A stretch of 64,000 bases of DNA, taken from NCBI GenBank assembly GCA_963717045.1, contig CAVQVD010000003.1:9650-73649 (forward strand), given 5' to 3'. Source of the DNA: an uncultured delta proteobacterium. Lineage in GTDB: Bacteria; Desulfobacterota; Binatia; Binatales; Binataceae. Within the stretch, counting starts at the first letter, position 1. Each line of letters opens with the position of its first letter. Below, piece after piece: positions 48,797 to 58,594 of the stretch. Position numbers and translations under genes: made by a program. The notes beneath the pieces were generated by a model, which did not search any database, was not told where the DNA came from, and saw only the letters and a program-made list of their open reading frames with translations.

Positions 48797-50326
48797 CTAA
48801 CTGAGGGGCACCGCCTGGCCGGCCTCTATCCAGATATTTTCAAAGTTCCACAATCCGGCGAGCGCGAGCAGCGCGGCGCCCGCCGCCGGGGCGTCGCCGC
48901 CCATGCGCAAAGCCGCACCGAGCAGAATCAGCGGAACGATCGTCCCAATCATAACCGTGCCGATCCAGAAGCCAACGCGGAGTTCACCGCGCAAGATAAG
49001 ATCGGCCGCGCGTCGGAAATCCTCACTCATCGCGGGCAGCGTCAGCTCGACAAGTGTCATCACCAGACCGACCGTCAGCGCGGCGAACAGGATTTGCGCG
49101 ATGGCCGGGAACGTCGCGGGGCCGAGGCCAAGCGCCAGCGCGACGACGATCAGCATCGCCGCACCACCTATCAGCGCTTGCACGAACAGATGCCAGAAAA
49201 AAACCGGACTCTGCCACAGATCGCGTCCCCTGGCCTGCGCAAAAAGAAAAGCGGAGTAGCAAGCGGAGGCGACCGCGAAAACCGCCGTCGCGGCGGCCAG
49301 CGCCGCAGGAACCGAACCGATGAAGAAGCCGCACGCGAGCCACGCAGCCGCGAGCGCGCCGTAAATCATCAAGATGTACGTGCCCCATACCAGCCACGAG
49401 CGAAAGTTGGGCTTGGTGATCAAATAGTAGAAACGCCACGGTTGCTTGAGGTCTGCGATCAGCAGCACCACCGTTATGCCGAGAAAGAACAGCGCGAGAA
49501 CCGGGCTCGCGATGTAAACCAGGGTGTCGTCGCCGCCGCTCGGAGTAGCGAGCAGCAGCGCCGCGACCATCAGCACGCCCGCCGCTATCGATTTGGTCCA
49601 CAAATAGGCGGCCGGAATTGCACCCCACGGAGCCGCGTGCGAAACGTCGTAGACGATCCGCGCCGAGCCGGGCGCCGCGGCGCCAGGCTCGGCGGCGGTG
49701 TCAGGGCGCTCATCGTCTAACGGATTGTCGTCGGCCCACATCGAGCCATGCTCCGGCCGCATCATCGTCGGTTGCAGCAGGTCGCCTTCGATACCGACAT
49801 AGAAGAGCTTGGGCTGTGTGCCTTTGTGCGGCTTGCGGCTCGTCACCTTTTGCGTTGCGATGATGCGACTGACGCGGCTTTGCGGATCGTCAAGGTCGCC
49901 GGTCATGATTGCCTGCGTGGGACATACGACCACGCAGGCCGGCTCGAGATTGACCTCGACGCGATGCGCGCAGAAGTTGCACTTGGCGGCGGTGCTGGTC
50001 GCGGGATCGATATAGAGCGCGTCGTAGGGACAGGCCTGCATGCACGATTTACATCCGATGCAGCGGCTGCTGTCGAAATCGACAATGCCATTGTCGCGCT
50101 TGAACAACGCGCTGGTGGGGCAAATCTCGACGCACGGCGCCTGGTCGCAATGATTGCAGCGCATCACGCCGAAGTGGCGGCTGCTGTCGGGGAAGGCGCC
50201 CTTTTCGATGTACTTGACCCAGGTGCGGAAGACTCCGACCGGGACCTTGTGCTCATCCTTGCAGGCAACGGTGCATGCATGGCATCCGATGCATCGGTCC
50301 TGGTCGATAACGAAGCCGTAACGCAC
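48797..50326 (-). CDS. Fusion of a four-cluster 4Fe-4S subunit (DmsB/PsrB) and an NrfD/PsrC membrane anchor
   Basis: CIGCHAC..AC, CNHC..PC..CP, CIGCKSC..ACP, CNFC..PAC..CP, then a multi-TM NrfD region (ADLKQPWRF, SWLVWG). Confidence 0.92.
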   Translation of the reverse strand: MRYGFVIDQDRCIGCHACTVACKDEHKVPVGVFRTWVKYIEKGAFPDSSRHFGVMRCNHCDQAPCVEICPTSALFKRDNGIVDFDSSRCIGCKSCMQACPYDALYIDPATSTAAKCNFCAHRVEVNLEPACVVVCPTQAIMTGDLDDPQSRVSRIIATQKVTSRKPHKGTQPKLFYVGIEGDLLQPTMMRPEHGSMWADDNPLDDERPDTAAEPGAAAPGSARIVYDVSHAAPWGAIPAAYLWTKSIAAGVLMVAALLLATPSGGDDTLVYIASPVLALFFLGITVVLLIADLKQPWRFYYLITKPNFRSWLVWGTYILMIYGALAAAWLACGFFIGSVPAALAAATAVFAVASACYSAFLFAQARGRDLWQSPVFFWHLFVQALIGGAAMLIVVALALGLGPATFPAIAQILFAALTVGLVMTLVELTLPAMSEDFRRAADLILRGELRVGFWIGTVMIGTIVPLILLGAALRMGGDAPAAGAALLALAGLWNFENIWIEAGQAVPLS

Positions 50327-50482
50327 GCGCGAGTCCCCTCATGGCCCTGCCTCGTGCAGGGCCCGCAATCGTTACTTAGACCAACTATAGATTTTCGACG
50401 GCCGCGAATCCTGGCACGAATCCGCCGCGCTCCGGCTATAGAATCACTGAAACATCTAAGCGTGCGGCCCGCTTACGCGCGT

Positions 50483-51793
50483 TCACGCCTCCCAGAACGG
50501 CACCTCAGTGATAAGTGTCAGACCGCGATTGGTATGCGAGCGCGCGGACACGGTGCCGCCATTGGTCTCGGTCAGAGCACGCGCGATATACAGCTTCCAT
50601 CCCGAAGAGCCCATACCCTGGCGGTCCTGGATCGGCCGCTCGAAAAGCCGCGAGAACTGCTCATGGCTGAGCTGCGGGCCGGTATCCTGAACCTCGATTA
50701 TAACTTTGCCGCCGCTCAGGAAGGTGCGCAGCACTACTTCTCCGCTCTCGGTCCGCTGGATGCCGTTGCTGATCAGATTGGCGACGATGCGCTCGAGATG
50801 CAGCGGATCGAGGCTGCCGCGCGGCATTCCGCCCAGCTCGGTGCGCATCCGCAGGCCCTTGAGCCGCGCTTCGCGGCCGTAAACGTCGGCGACTTCTTGC
50901 ACGATGACGTTGGCATCGATGACTCGCGGATGGGGCTGGAGGTTGTCCTCCTCGAGCAGGTACATATCGAGCACGTTCTTGACCAGCAGATCCATTGCGC
51001 GCGACGTCGAGCCGACGCGGGCCAATAAATGGGTGGTCTCCTTTTCGCTGAGCTCGTCCTCCTCGAGTAAGGTGACCAACCCGACCAACGTGGCCAGCGG
51101 ATTGCGTATGTCATGGGTCATCGTGCCGATCTGACGCTCGCGAAACTTGGCCGCCGCCGCCAACTGCTCCATCTGGGCGCGCAGCTTGCCCCGATAACGG
51201 TCGAGAAACACCGCCGTAAACCATGACAATACCAGCGCAGCGGCAAAGCCCAGCCAACGCAAGACCGTGTAGCGGTCATTCGACGGCACCGCCAGTTGAG
51301 CCGCGCCGAACATCGCCAGGCATCCCAGGTTCAGCATCCCCTGCCAGCCCGGACCCCACATCACAAAAGCCGCGGTCGCGAATGGGCACAGGATGATCGC
51401 AATAAAGGCCAGTTCAGGATTGAGATCGAGCGCAGCGATCCTGATGAACAGACCGAGGATGGTGACGCAAGTAGTCAGCGTCCAGACCTTCCAGTAGCGG
51501 CGAAAAACGCTAAGCCACGTAAGTCCGAAAAATAACGTGATGATCGCAAACGCGGCGTAATGGTATTGGGTCAGCCCGTGTTGGCCGACCAGCAGCACCA
51601 CGATGGCGCCATAGGCGAACATGAAGAAGATCGCGATCGGACCCGCGACCTTCAGCGTGCTAATTGCCTCGGCGTCGTGATCTATCTCGAGCAGAACGCG
51701 GCGGTCAGCGGCTACCGGACGCCGCGGACTCAGTACTATTCCCGGCTGCTCCGCGATGGTTTCTTTGATCTGAACGACCTGCGCTGTTGCCAT
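50483..51793 (-). CDS. Membrane sensor histidine kinase with degenerate G boxes
   Basis: About 6 TM segments, H box THDIRNPL, N box NLISNG, G1 QDTGPQ, G2 SSGWKL. Confidence 0.85.
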   Translation of the reverse strand: MATAQVVQIKETIAEQPGIVLSPRRPVAADRRVLLEIDHDAEAISTLKVAGPIAIFFMFAYGAIVVLLVGQHGLTQYHYAAFAIITLFFGLTWLSVFRRYWKVWTLTTCVTILGLFIRIAALDLNPELAFIAIILCPFATAAFVMWGPGWQGMLNLGCLAMFGAAQLAVPSNDRYTVLRWLGFAAALVLSWFTAVFLDRYRGKLRAQMEQLAAAAKFRERQIGTMTHDIRNPLATLVGLVTLLEEDELSEKETTHLLARVGSTSRAMDLLVKNVLDMYLLEEDNLQPHPRVIDANVIVQEVADVYGREARLKGLRMRTELGGMPRGSLDPLHLERIVANLISNGIQRTESGEVVLRTFLSGGKVIIEVQDTGPQLSHEQFSRLFERPIQDRQGMGSSGWKLYIARALTETNGGTVSARSHTNRGLTLITEVPFWEA

Positions 51794-51811
51794 AACCCCC
51801 CCCGGGGATGC

Positions 51812-53029
51812 TCAGGCTCTAGATTTGCCGATGGCGCGGCTTGCTTCAAGCGCTTCGGCCATCATTTCCAAGCCAAAATTAACTTCCCCAACCGTCATAT
51901 TTAGAGGCGGCGCCAGCCTCACTACCCTCTCGGCATTCAGCGTCCAGTTGATAATTATACCGCGTCCAAGCGATTCGCGCACAAAACTCTGGGCGATTTC
52001 CGAATCTTTAAACTCTAATCCTATAAGTGCTCCGATAACGCGGACTGCCGCAACCTCCGGTCCCGCGAATTCGCGCAGACCTTGCGCCAGTTTTTCGCCA
52101 AGCACATCCGCCTGCTCCCAGAGCCGCTCGCTGACAACGACTTCGAGCGCCGCGAGTCCCGCCGCACATGACAGCGGATGGCCGCCAAAGGTCGTGATGT
52201 GCCCGAGAGGCGGGTTGCGAGCCAGCTCCCCAATAAGACTTTCGGAGCCGCAAAACGCGCCGAGCGGCAGGCCGCCGCCCAACGCCTTGGCCATCACCAC
52301 CAGGTCGGGGACGACTGCGACGTGCTCCATTGCAAACAGCCGCCCCGTCCGACCCATACCGGTCAGCACCTCGTCGTAAATCAGTATAGCTCCTGCCCGG
52401 TCGCATCGCTCGCGCAGCGCCCGCATAAATGCAGGCGTAGGGATACGCACGCCGCCCTCAGCCTGTACAGGTTCGACTACTACGGCCGCGACGGTTGAAT
52501 CGATCGCCTCCAGCGCGGCGAGGTCGCCGTACGGCAAATGACTAACCGGACCCGGCAGCGGTTCGAATGGCGCGCGAAAGGCAGGATTCCCCATCAACGC
52601 GAGGGCGGCCATCGTGTCGCCGTGATAGGCGCCGTCGAAAGCGACGAAGCGTGCGCGCCGGGTATGCTTGCGCGCCGTCTTCAGCGCACCCTCGACTGCC
52701 TCGGCGCCGCTATTCGTGAAATAGACGCACTCCAAGGGAGCGGGCAACAGTTGCGCCAGACGTTCGGCGAACCGCACCTGGGTTTCGATCACGTATTCGC
52801 CGTAAACCATCACGTGGAGATGGCGGCGGGCCTGCGCGGCGATCGCGTCGAGCACGGCAGGATGGCCATGCCCGAGAGCGGAAACTCCGATGCCAGCGAT
52901 CAAATCGAGATAACGGCGCCCGTCGGCCGTGTACAGCCACGAACCTTCGGCACGCACAACCTCAAGACCCATCGGAGCCGGAGACGTCTGAGCAACGTGG
53001 CGCAAAAATCCATCTCGTAATGCGCTCAT
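51812..53029 (-). CDS. Class III PLP aminotransferase (ArgD/omega-transaminase-like)
   Basis: LGHGHP, NSGAEAVE, AYHG, EPVQAEGG, DEVLTGMGRTG, PLP lysine in MAKALGGG, TTFGGHP. ATGA-coupled to the luxC-like gene. Confidence 0.92.
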   Translation of the reverse strand: MSALRDGFLRHVAQTSPAPMGLEVVRAEGSWLYTADGRRYLDLIAGIGVSALGHGHPAVLDAIAAQARRHLHVMVYGEYVIETQVRFAERLAQLLPAPLECVYFTNSGAEAVEGALKTARKHTRRARFVAFDGAYHGDTMAALALMGNPAFRAPFEPLPGPVSHLPYGDLAALEAIDSTVAAVVVEPVQAEGGVRIPTPAFMRALRERCDRAGAILIYDEVLTGMGRTGRLFAMEHVAVVPDLVVMAKALGGGLPLGAFCGSESLIGELARNPPLGHITTFGGHPLSCAAGLAALEVVVSERLWEQADVLGEKLAQGLREFAGPEVAAVRVIGALIGLEFKDSEIAQSFVRESLGRGIIINWTLNAERVVRLAPPLNMTVGEVNFGLEMMAEALEASRAIGKSRA

Positions 53030-54381
53030 GGAGCCGCCGCGCGCAAAAGTTTGAGCATCGCGCCGTTTCCGTGAGGCCACTCCAGTGGTGGCGATTGCAT
53101 CCGCCCCGGCTCGCAAACGTACGTCACGCCGAGCGCTCGCAAATCGGCCTCCAGCCGCCGGCGCACGGCGGGCGGTGCGGCTAGTGCGAACGCCTCGAGT
53201 CGTCCGGCCGCCGAACGCAGGCGCCCGCCAAGTTCGTCCCCGCTTGAGAGCGCGCTCACGAACACGGTGCGATAGCCCGGCGAGACGCAAAAACTCGCCG
53301 CGCGATCATAGATGACCGTCCACGCCATGCCAGAGCAAACCATGCCAGAGGAAAGATCGAGTCGGTCGCTCTCCCACAGTGCGACCTCGACATCGCCGTC
53401 CCGGTCCTCCGGGTGCTGCGCGAACGCGCGCCATCGCGCGCCCTCGCGCAGAGCCCAGATAGCCGCGGCGGCGCCCAGCGGAAGGCGCGTCGGCGCCGGC
53501 AGCCAATACGCCAAGCGCTCCAGCGCGCGGGCGAGGCGCGCGGCGAAGCCGCGTGCTTCGCCCGCGTCGCCCACGACGAACACGTGATGGGGCGAGAGAC
53601 ATCCGCGCTGCTCGAACAGCGTAACGTCGCGGGCGAGTCCGTCCGCCGCCGCATCGGCGGCCGACGGACTCGCCGCGGTCACGACCAGCGCGCCGCTCAG
53701 CCGGCTGCCGAAGCCGGCCAGCGGCAGGGCGCCGGGTGTCCCCGCGGACGCGGCGATTGCTGCGAGGGAGGCGTCGTCGCCGTAAGCGACGACGCCTCCC
53801 TCGCAGCCGACCCACAACTCGCGCATCGCTGCGTCATCGGCGCGGCCGAAATTAAGCACTGCCGTGCGGGCGGCCACGCCCACGTCGATGTCGGCTAGCG
53901 TCCGCATAAAATTGGCGAAGAATAGCGGCTCACCGCTCGCACTCTTTATTAATAGCCCCGCGCCGGCCAGGAGCGCCGCGCAAATTTCATGAATACCGGC
54001 GCCCGGCACGTTGCCCGGCATCAGGAATCCAAAGAGACGATTCGTGGCGGGAAGTTGCGATGCGAGTGACCGCAGCGACGCCGTCGTAACAGGTTCGAGC
54101 AGGGCGTCGAGCGATTCATCGAGCAACGCCGCCGACATTCCCGAAGTCGAAGCAATACCCGCGACGGTCTCGCGGCGTGGCGCGAAGTCCCGCCTGCGCC
54201 AATCTTCAGCGTTATAGCCAAGCGCCGTCGCAACGCGGTCCGGAGTGCAGCTCGCAGCAGCGCGCACACGCGCGATCGCTTGCCTGGTTGCAATTGCAGC
54301 GGAAATAAATACGGGAGGGTCAGGATCACACTCTCCGGCGGCAGAGCCTGCCGAAATAGCCGGATTTGTAGCGCGATTCAT
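53026..54381 (-). CDS. LuxC-like acyl-CoA/acyl-protein reductase
   Basis: PGNVP, IKSAS, VAYG, FGSRLS, DVTLFEQRGCLSPH (catalytic Cys position), PGRMQSP..WPHG. Confidence 0.82.
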   Translation of the reverse strand: MNRATNPAISAGSAAGECDPDPPVFISAAIATRQAIARVRAAASCTPDRVATALGYNAEDWRRRDFAPRRETVAGIASTSGMSAALLDESLDALLEPVTTASLRSLASQLPATNRLFGFLMPGNVPGAGIHEICAALLAGAGLLIKSASGEPLFFANFMRTLADIDVGVAARTAVLNFGRADDAAMRELWVGCEGGVVAYGDDASLAAIAASAGTPGALPLAGFGSRLSGALVVTAASPSAADAAADGLARDVTLFEQRGCLSPHHVFVVGDAGEARGFAARLARALERLAYWLPAPTRLPLGAAAAIWALREGARWRAFAQHPEDRDGDVEVALWESDRLDLSSGMVCSGMAWTVIYDRAASFCVSPGYRTVFVSALSSGDELGGRLRSAAGRLEAFALAAPPAVRRRLEADLRALGVTYVCEPGRMQSPPLEWPHGNGAMLKLLRAAAP

Positions 54382-54420
54382 AATTTGCAGACTGGCGTCG
54401 CCTCGATAGCTCGTCAGCTT

Positions 54421-55536
54421 TTAAGCATCGCTCATCTTTTTGCGGCGGCAAACTGCTCGATCGCCGAGTGCGCAACCGCGCGCTTCGCCGTCCGCAGCGC
54501 GGCCGAGCACTCTGACGGCCCCGTTGTGTATGACTCCCAGGTCACCAGTCAGAATCGCCGACACGGAGCCCACGTTAGCCAGATCGAAGAATCGCAATAG
54601 TCCCGGATTGCCATCCTCGACGCGACTCAGGGTGGCAGGATCAACCGCCGCGACGCCGAGCCACGGCGGCCCCAGCTTGCGGCGTTCCTCAGCCTGATCG
54701 CTACTAGGCGAGTTGCGCGAATTAAACGACGTGACATCGTATAGTTGCGAGCACATCTCGGTCATTCCGTATTCGTTGATGGCCAATGCCGGTTGGATCC
54801 CGAGAACAGCCTGCGCGTGCTCGACGACCTGGCTGGGTCGAAGCGGAATACTCTGGCCCTTAGCGCCTCCGGTATCCATTAGACGCGAGCCCCGTGCGAG
54901 GGAAAGCCGCGAACGCTGCGTCCGCAATTCATCGAATAACGCGCCCAATGCCGCCGTGGTTCCCATGATGCAGACCGGCTCGCCGCGGCGCTCGGCGGAG
55001 CGCAGAAAATTCAGCGCTGGTGCGATTTCTATCCCTCTGCGGTCGGCCACGCACAGTGCGTCGCCTACGCCAAACTCCTCTATCGCCCAGCTTATCATCT
55101 GCCCCAGCGACGACTCAGGCATCCTGTCGGCGGTCGGATGAAGGCTGAGCATCTCCATCCCCGCTCCGTCGGGAAATAGCATCCTTTTCAGATGACCCAG
55201 CGCCGCGGCGCGGTAGATGTCGAGACGCGGGACGCGATGGCGCCCACGCTCGTCCCGCCCCGCGCTCGTCCCGCTGGTCATAAAAACGCGCGCTTGCGCA
55301 GACTCTGAACGTGTAACCGCATCACTCAGTTCGGCGTACTTGAACGCGGCAGTGCTCAATGCGGGGATCTGGTCAAGTGAGTCTACGTCACGCCGACTAA
55401 CTCCCCGGCTGAGGCAGTACTCGCGATAAGCGGCAACCGTATCGAACTGATGGCGAAAAACCTTTAGCGCAAGAGCGTCGAAGCGCGCCTGCTCGGGTGT
55501 ACGGATAAAAGCGAGGACCTCGTCGTAAATTGTCAT
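54421..55536 (-). CDS. LuxE-like acyl-protein synthetase
   Basis: FMTSGTS, DTGGAKG, NEYGMTE, DLANVGS...TGDLG, LGRA..EARGC (C-terminal Cys). A possible extra G near 54465 would move the stop to 54432. Confidence 0.85.
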   Translation of the reverse strand: MTIYDEVLAFIRTPEQARFDALALKVFRHQFDTVAAYREYCLSRGVSRRDVDSLDQIPALSTAAFKYAELSDAVTRSESAQARVFMTSGTSAGRDERGRHRVPRLDIYRAAALGHLKRMLFPDGAGMEMLSLHPTADRMPESSLGQMISWAIEEFGVGDALCVADRRGIEIAPALNFLRSAERRGEPVCIMGTTAALGALFDELRTQRSRLSLARGSRLMDTGGAKGQSIPLRPSQVVEHAQAVLGIQPALAINEYGMTEMCSQLYDVTSFNSRNSPSSDQAEERRKLGPPWLGVAAVDPATLSRVEDGNPGLLRFFDLANVGSVSAILTGDLGVIHNGAVRVLGRAADGEARGCALGDRAVCRRKKMSDA

Positions 55537-55687
55537 AAGGAATAGTGCGGCGGCGGACTTGTAGGCAAAGTAGGCAAATGATGGCACCTTGGAGCATCGG
55601 TATTCAATCGCAATCTCTAATCTGCTAGTAGAGTGCGTGGTGGAGTGGATATGGTGGTGTGGCCTCAGCAGTTATTACGGGACTTAG

Positions 55688-56071
55688 ATGAAAAAATTTA
55701 TCGCGGGTGTGGTGGTAGGCTTTGTGCTGAGCTGCGCGGGCGTTTTCGCCGCGCCTAGTTTCGATCACAACGGTTCGTACTGGAATCAGCTTAATCCTTC
55801 GGCCAAGAGCGGTTACGTCAACGGCTACAGTGACGCGATGCAGGTCAGTGTTGGCAAGCTCAATGTGTTGACGACAGCCGCCGACCTCTTCCATTGGAAG
55901 GGCGCCGACAGAATCATCCATCAGTTGTCGCACGAACTGGCGATGTCGGAGTTGAGGCCGTCGGAGGCGGTAAAGCGCCTGGACACGCTTTACGCCAATC
56001 GCAACTACTCCGAACTCGACCTCGGCACAGCGCTGCAGGTGCTCGCGATTGACAGCACCGACCAGCGCTAA
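55688..56071 (+). CDS. Small exported hypothetical protein
   Basis: MKK plus hydrophobic signal ending VFA. Helical body with a W..L...K..YV.G..D pattern. Confidence 0.75.
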   Translation: MKKFIAGVVVGFVLSCAGVFAAPSFDHNGSYWNQLNPSAKSGYVNGYSDAMQVSVGKLNVLTTAADLFHWKGADRIIHQLSHELAMSELRPSEAVKRLDTLYANRNYSELDLGTALQVLAIDSTDQR

Positions 56072-56249
56072 CTGGCCGCGACTCAGAAAAAGTAGGTCCC
56101 GAGCTCTGAAGTCTGGCGGCGGCTTAGCCGGCGCCACCTCTTATTCTCCATTCTCATACAAGCCGTCAATCGACTATGGCGCGGCTATGGCGATTGTGCG
56201 CCCATGATGTTACTTCGGTTCCATCGAGAGGCGCACACCGGACGGCTTG

Positions 56250-56858
56250 ATGGAAAAAGAGCTCAAGTTCTACTTCGCCTACACTAGCCCGGTTTCCTAT
56301 CTCGCCAAGGATCCCGCCTACGCGCTCGAGCGCTCGCACGAAGTTCGGGTGCGCTACATTCCTTACGGCGTGGACATACGACGCGTCTATGGCGACGTAC
56401 CCACGCGCGGCGAGCGGGACCGGCGAAAGCTACACTATCTCTACTACGACGCCCGGCGGATGGCGCGCGAGCGCGGCTCGGTAATCTATCCGCCCAAAAA
56501 GATTTTCAGCGCGCGGCGCGCATTCTATGGCGGCTTCTGCGCCGAAGACCAGGGTCTGTTCCGTCCCTACTCGGACCGGGTCTATCAGCGTTTCTGGAAA
56601 AACGAACTCGAAATCGAAAATCCCGAAGTGCTGGCCGCGATCCTCGAGGAGGTCGGAGCCGATACTGCTACTTTCCGCCGATGGATCGACGATGAAGAGA
56701 GCGAGGCCAAGCCGCGGCTCAAGCGAGGCTTCGCCGAAGCGGCCGCGGACCATGTCTTCGGCGTGCCGACCTTCGTATTCGACGGCGAGGTTTTCTGGGG
56801 CTACGACCGGATGCCGTGGCTGATCAGGAAATTGGACACCATGGGCCTCCGCCGCTGA
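56250..56858 (+). CDS. DsbA-family 2-hydroxychromene-2-carboxylate isomerase / kappa-GST-like protein
   Basis: [26 protein letters not shown]. Confidence 0.88.
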   Translation: MEKELKFYFAYTSPVSYLAKDPAYALERSHEVRVRYIPYGVDIRRVYGDVPTRGERDRRKLHYLYYDARRMARERGSVIYPPKKIFSARRAFYGGFCAEDQGLFRPYSDRVYQRFWKNELEIENPEVLAAILEEVGADTATFRRWIDDEESEAKPRLKRGFAEAAADHVFGVPTFVFDGEVFWGYDRMPWLIRKLDTMGLRR

Positions 56859-56957
56859 ACAGGGCCGTTCGATCTTTGCGATGCAATTGCATCCCAGGCG
56901 GGATAGAAACCGTGCGGCTGTAGGTCGCTTTCATCGCGTCGAGCCCTGGCCGCTGCC

Positions 56958-58404
56958 CTACAACTCGGGGCTGGCTTGCAGGAAGCTCTCGCCCATCAGC
57001 CAGGCGTCGATCGCGCGGGCGCATTCGCGTCCTTCCCAGATCGCCCACACCACCAGCGATTGTCCGCGCCGCGTGTCGCCCGCGGCGAATACTCCCGGCA
57101 CGCTCGACATGTAGTTCTCAGCACAGCACGTTGCTGCGCGGGTCGAGCTTCAGACCCAGTTGCGAGATGATCCCATCAGGCTCCGGTCCCAGAAATCCAA
57201 GCGCCAGCAGCACCAACTCGCACTCGATGATGAAATTGCTGCCCGGCACTTCCTCCATCGCCATGCGGCCGTTGTCCTGCTTCCACTGAAGCTTGATTCC
57301 TTCGAGCGCCTTCAGCGCGCCATTTTCCCCAATGAAGCGTTTGGTGTTGATGCTCCAGTCGCGCACCACACCTTCCTCGTGCGAAGTCGAAGTGCGCAGG
57401 ATCATCGGCCAGTCCGGCCACGGCATCGCCACCGTGCGCTGCGCGGGCGGCATCGGCAGCAACTCGTATTGGTAAACCGCGCTCGCGCCCTGGCGATTGG
57501 AAGTACCGAGGCAATCCGATCCGGTGTCGCCGCCACCCAGGATCACCACCTTCTTATCCTTGGCGCTGATCGAGATCGCGGGATCGATCGTGTCGCCGGC
57601 GTTGCGCCGGTTCTGCTGCGGCAGAAAGTCCATCGCGAAGTGCACGCCCTTCAGTTCGCGGCCCGGGATCGGAAGATCGCGCGGCTTGGTCGCGCCCATA
57701 GTCAGCGCGATCGCGTCGTACTTCGAGCGCATCTCGTCGGCATGGATGTCGATTCCGACGCGGCAATCGGTGACGATCGTCACGCCCTCGGCCTGCATCT
57801 GCTCGACCCGCCGGTTGACGAAGCGTTTCTCGAGTTTGAAATCCGGAATCCCGTACATCAGCAAACCGCCGACGCGGTCGGAGCGCTCGTAGAGCGTAAC
57901 GTCATGGCCGGCGCGCGCGAGCTGCTGCGCACAAGCCAGGCCCGACGGCCCCGATCCAACGACCGCGACCCGCTTGCCGGTTTTACGCGCAGGCGGCAGC
58001 GGCGTAACCCATCCTTCGGCCCACGCGTGGTCGATGATGTTCTTCTCGATCTGCTTGATCGTGACCGGATCGTTGTTGATGTTGAGGACGCACGCCTCTT
58101 CGCACGGCGCCGGGCATACGCGGCCGGTGAACTCGGGAAAATTGTTGGTCGAATGCAGACGGTCGATCGCTTCTTCCCAGCGTCCGCGATAAATCAGGTC
58201 GTTCCAGTCCGGGATGATGTTGCCGAGCGGGCAGCCCTTGTGGCAGAAGGGGATCCCGCAATCCATGCAGCGCGCTCCCTGCGCCCGCAGTTTATCTTCC
58301 GGCAGCTTGAGATCGTACTCGCGCCAGTCTTGCAATCGCTCGGCCACCGGGCGGCGTTCCGGGGTCTCGCGCTTGATCTCCATGAATCCCGTTATCTTCC
58401 CCAT
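56958..58404 (-). pseudogene. gltD: Glutamate synthase small subunit, frameshifted near the 3' end in this assembly (probable sequencing error)
   Basis: RCMDCGIPFC..CP, GRVCPAPCE, GSGPSG, GGGDTG. Removing base 57120 gives [31 protein letters not shown] and a stop at 56958. Span is 1447 nt (3n+1). Confidence 0.93.
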
Positions 58405-58594
58405 CTTTTCACCGATACTTTTTCAACAACACATCGCCCTGCCGCTTTTTTTTCCTACAGGCCGCCCCGCCACTCCTCGCGCCTTTTTTCACCAATACGC
58501 CCCGCCGTCGCGCATACTTCGCGACTCCGTCTTCGCCATGTCGAACACACTCGGAAAGGTCTTTCCCGAAGTTGCGTTCGCGACGACCGCCCGC

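Noticed and set aside
57118-57120. In-frame TGA in gltD as selenocysteine or stop read-through
   Set aside because: Conserved downstream sequence is in a different frame, so this is a one-base insertion, not read-through.
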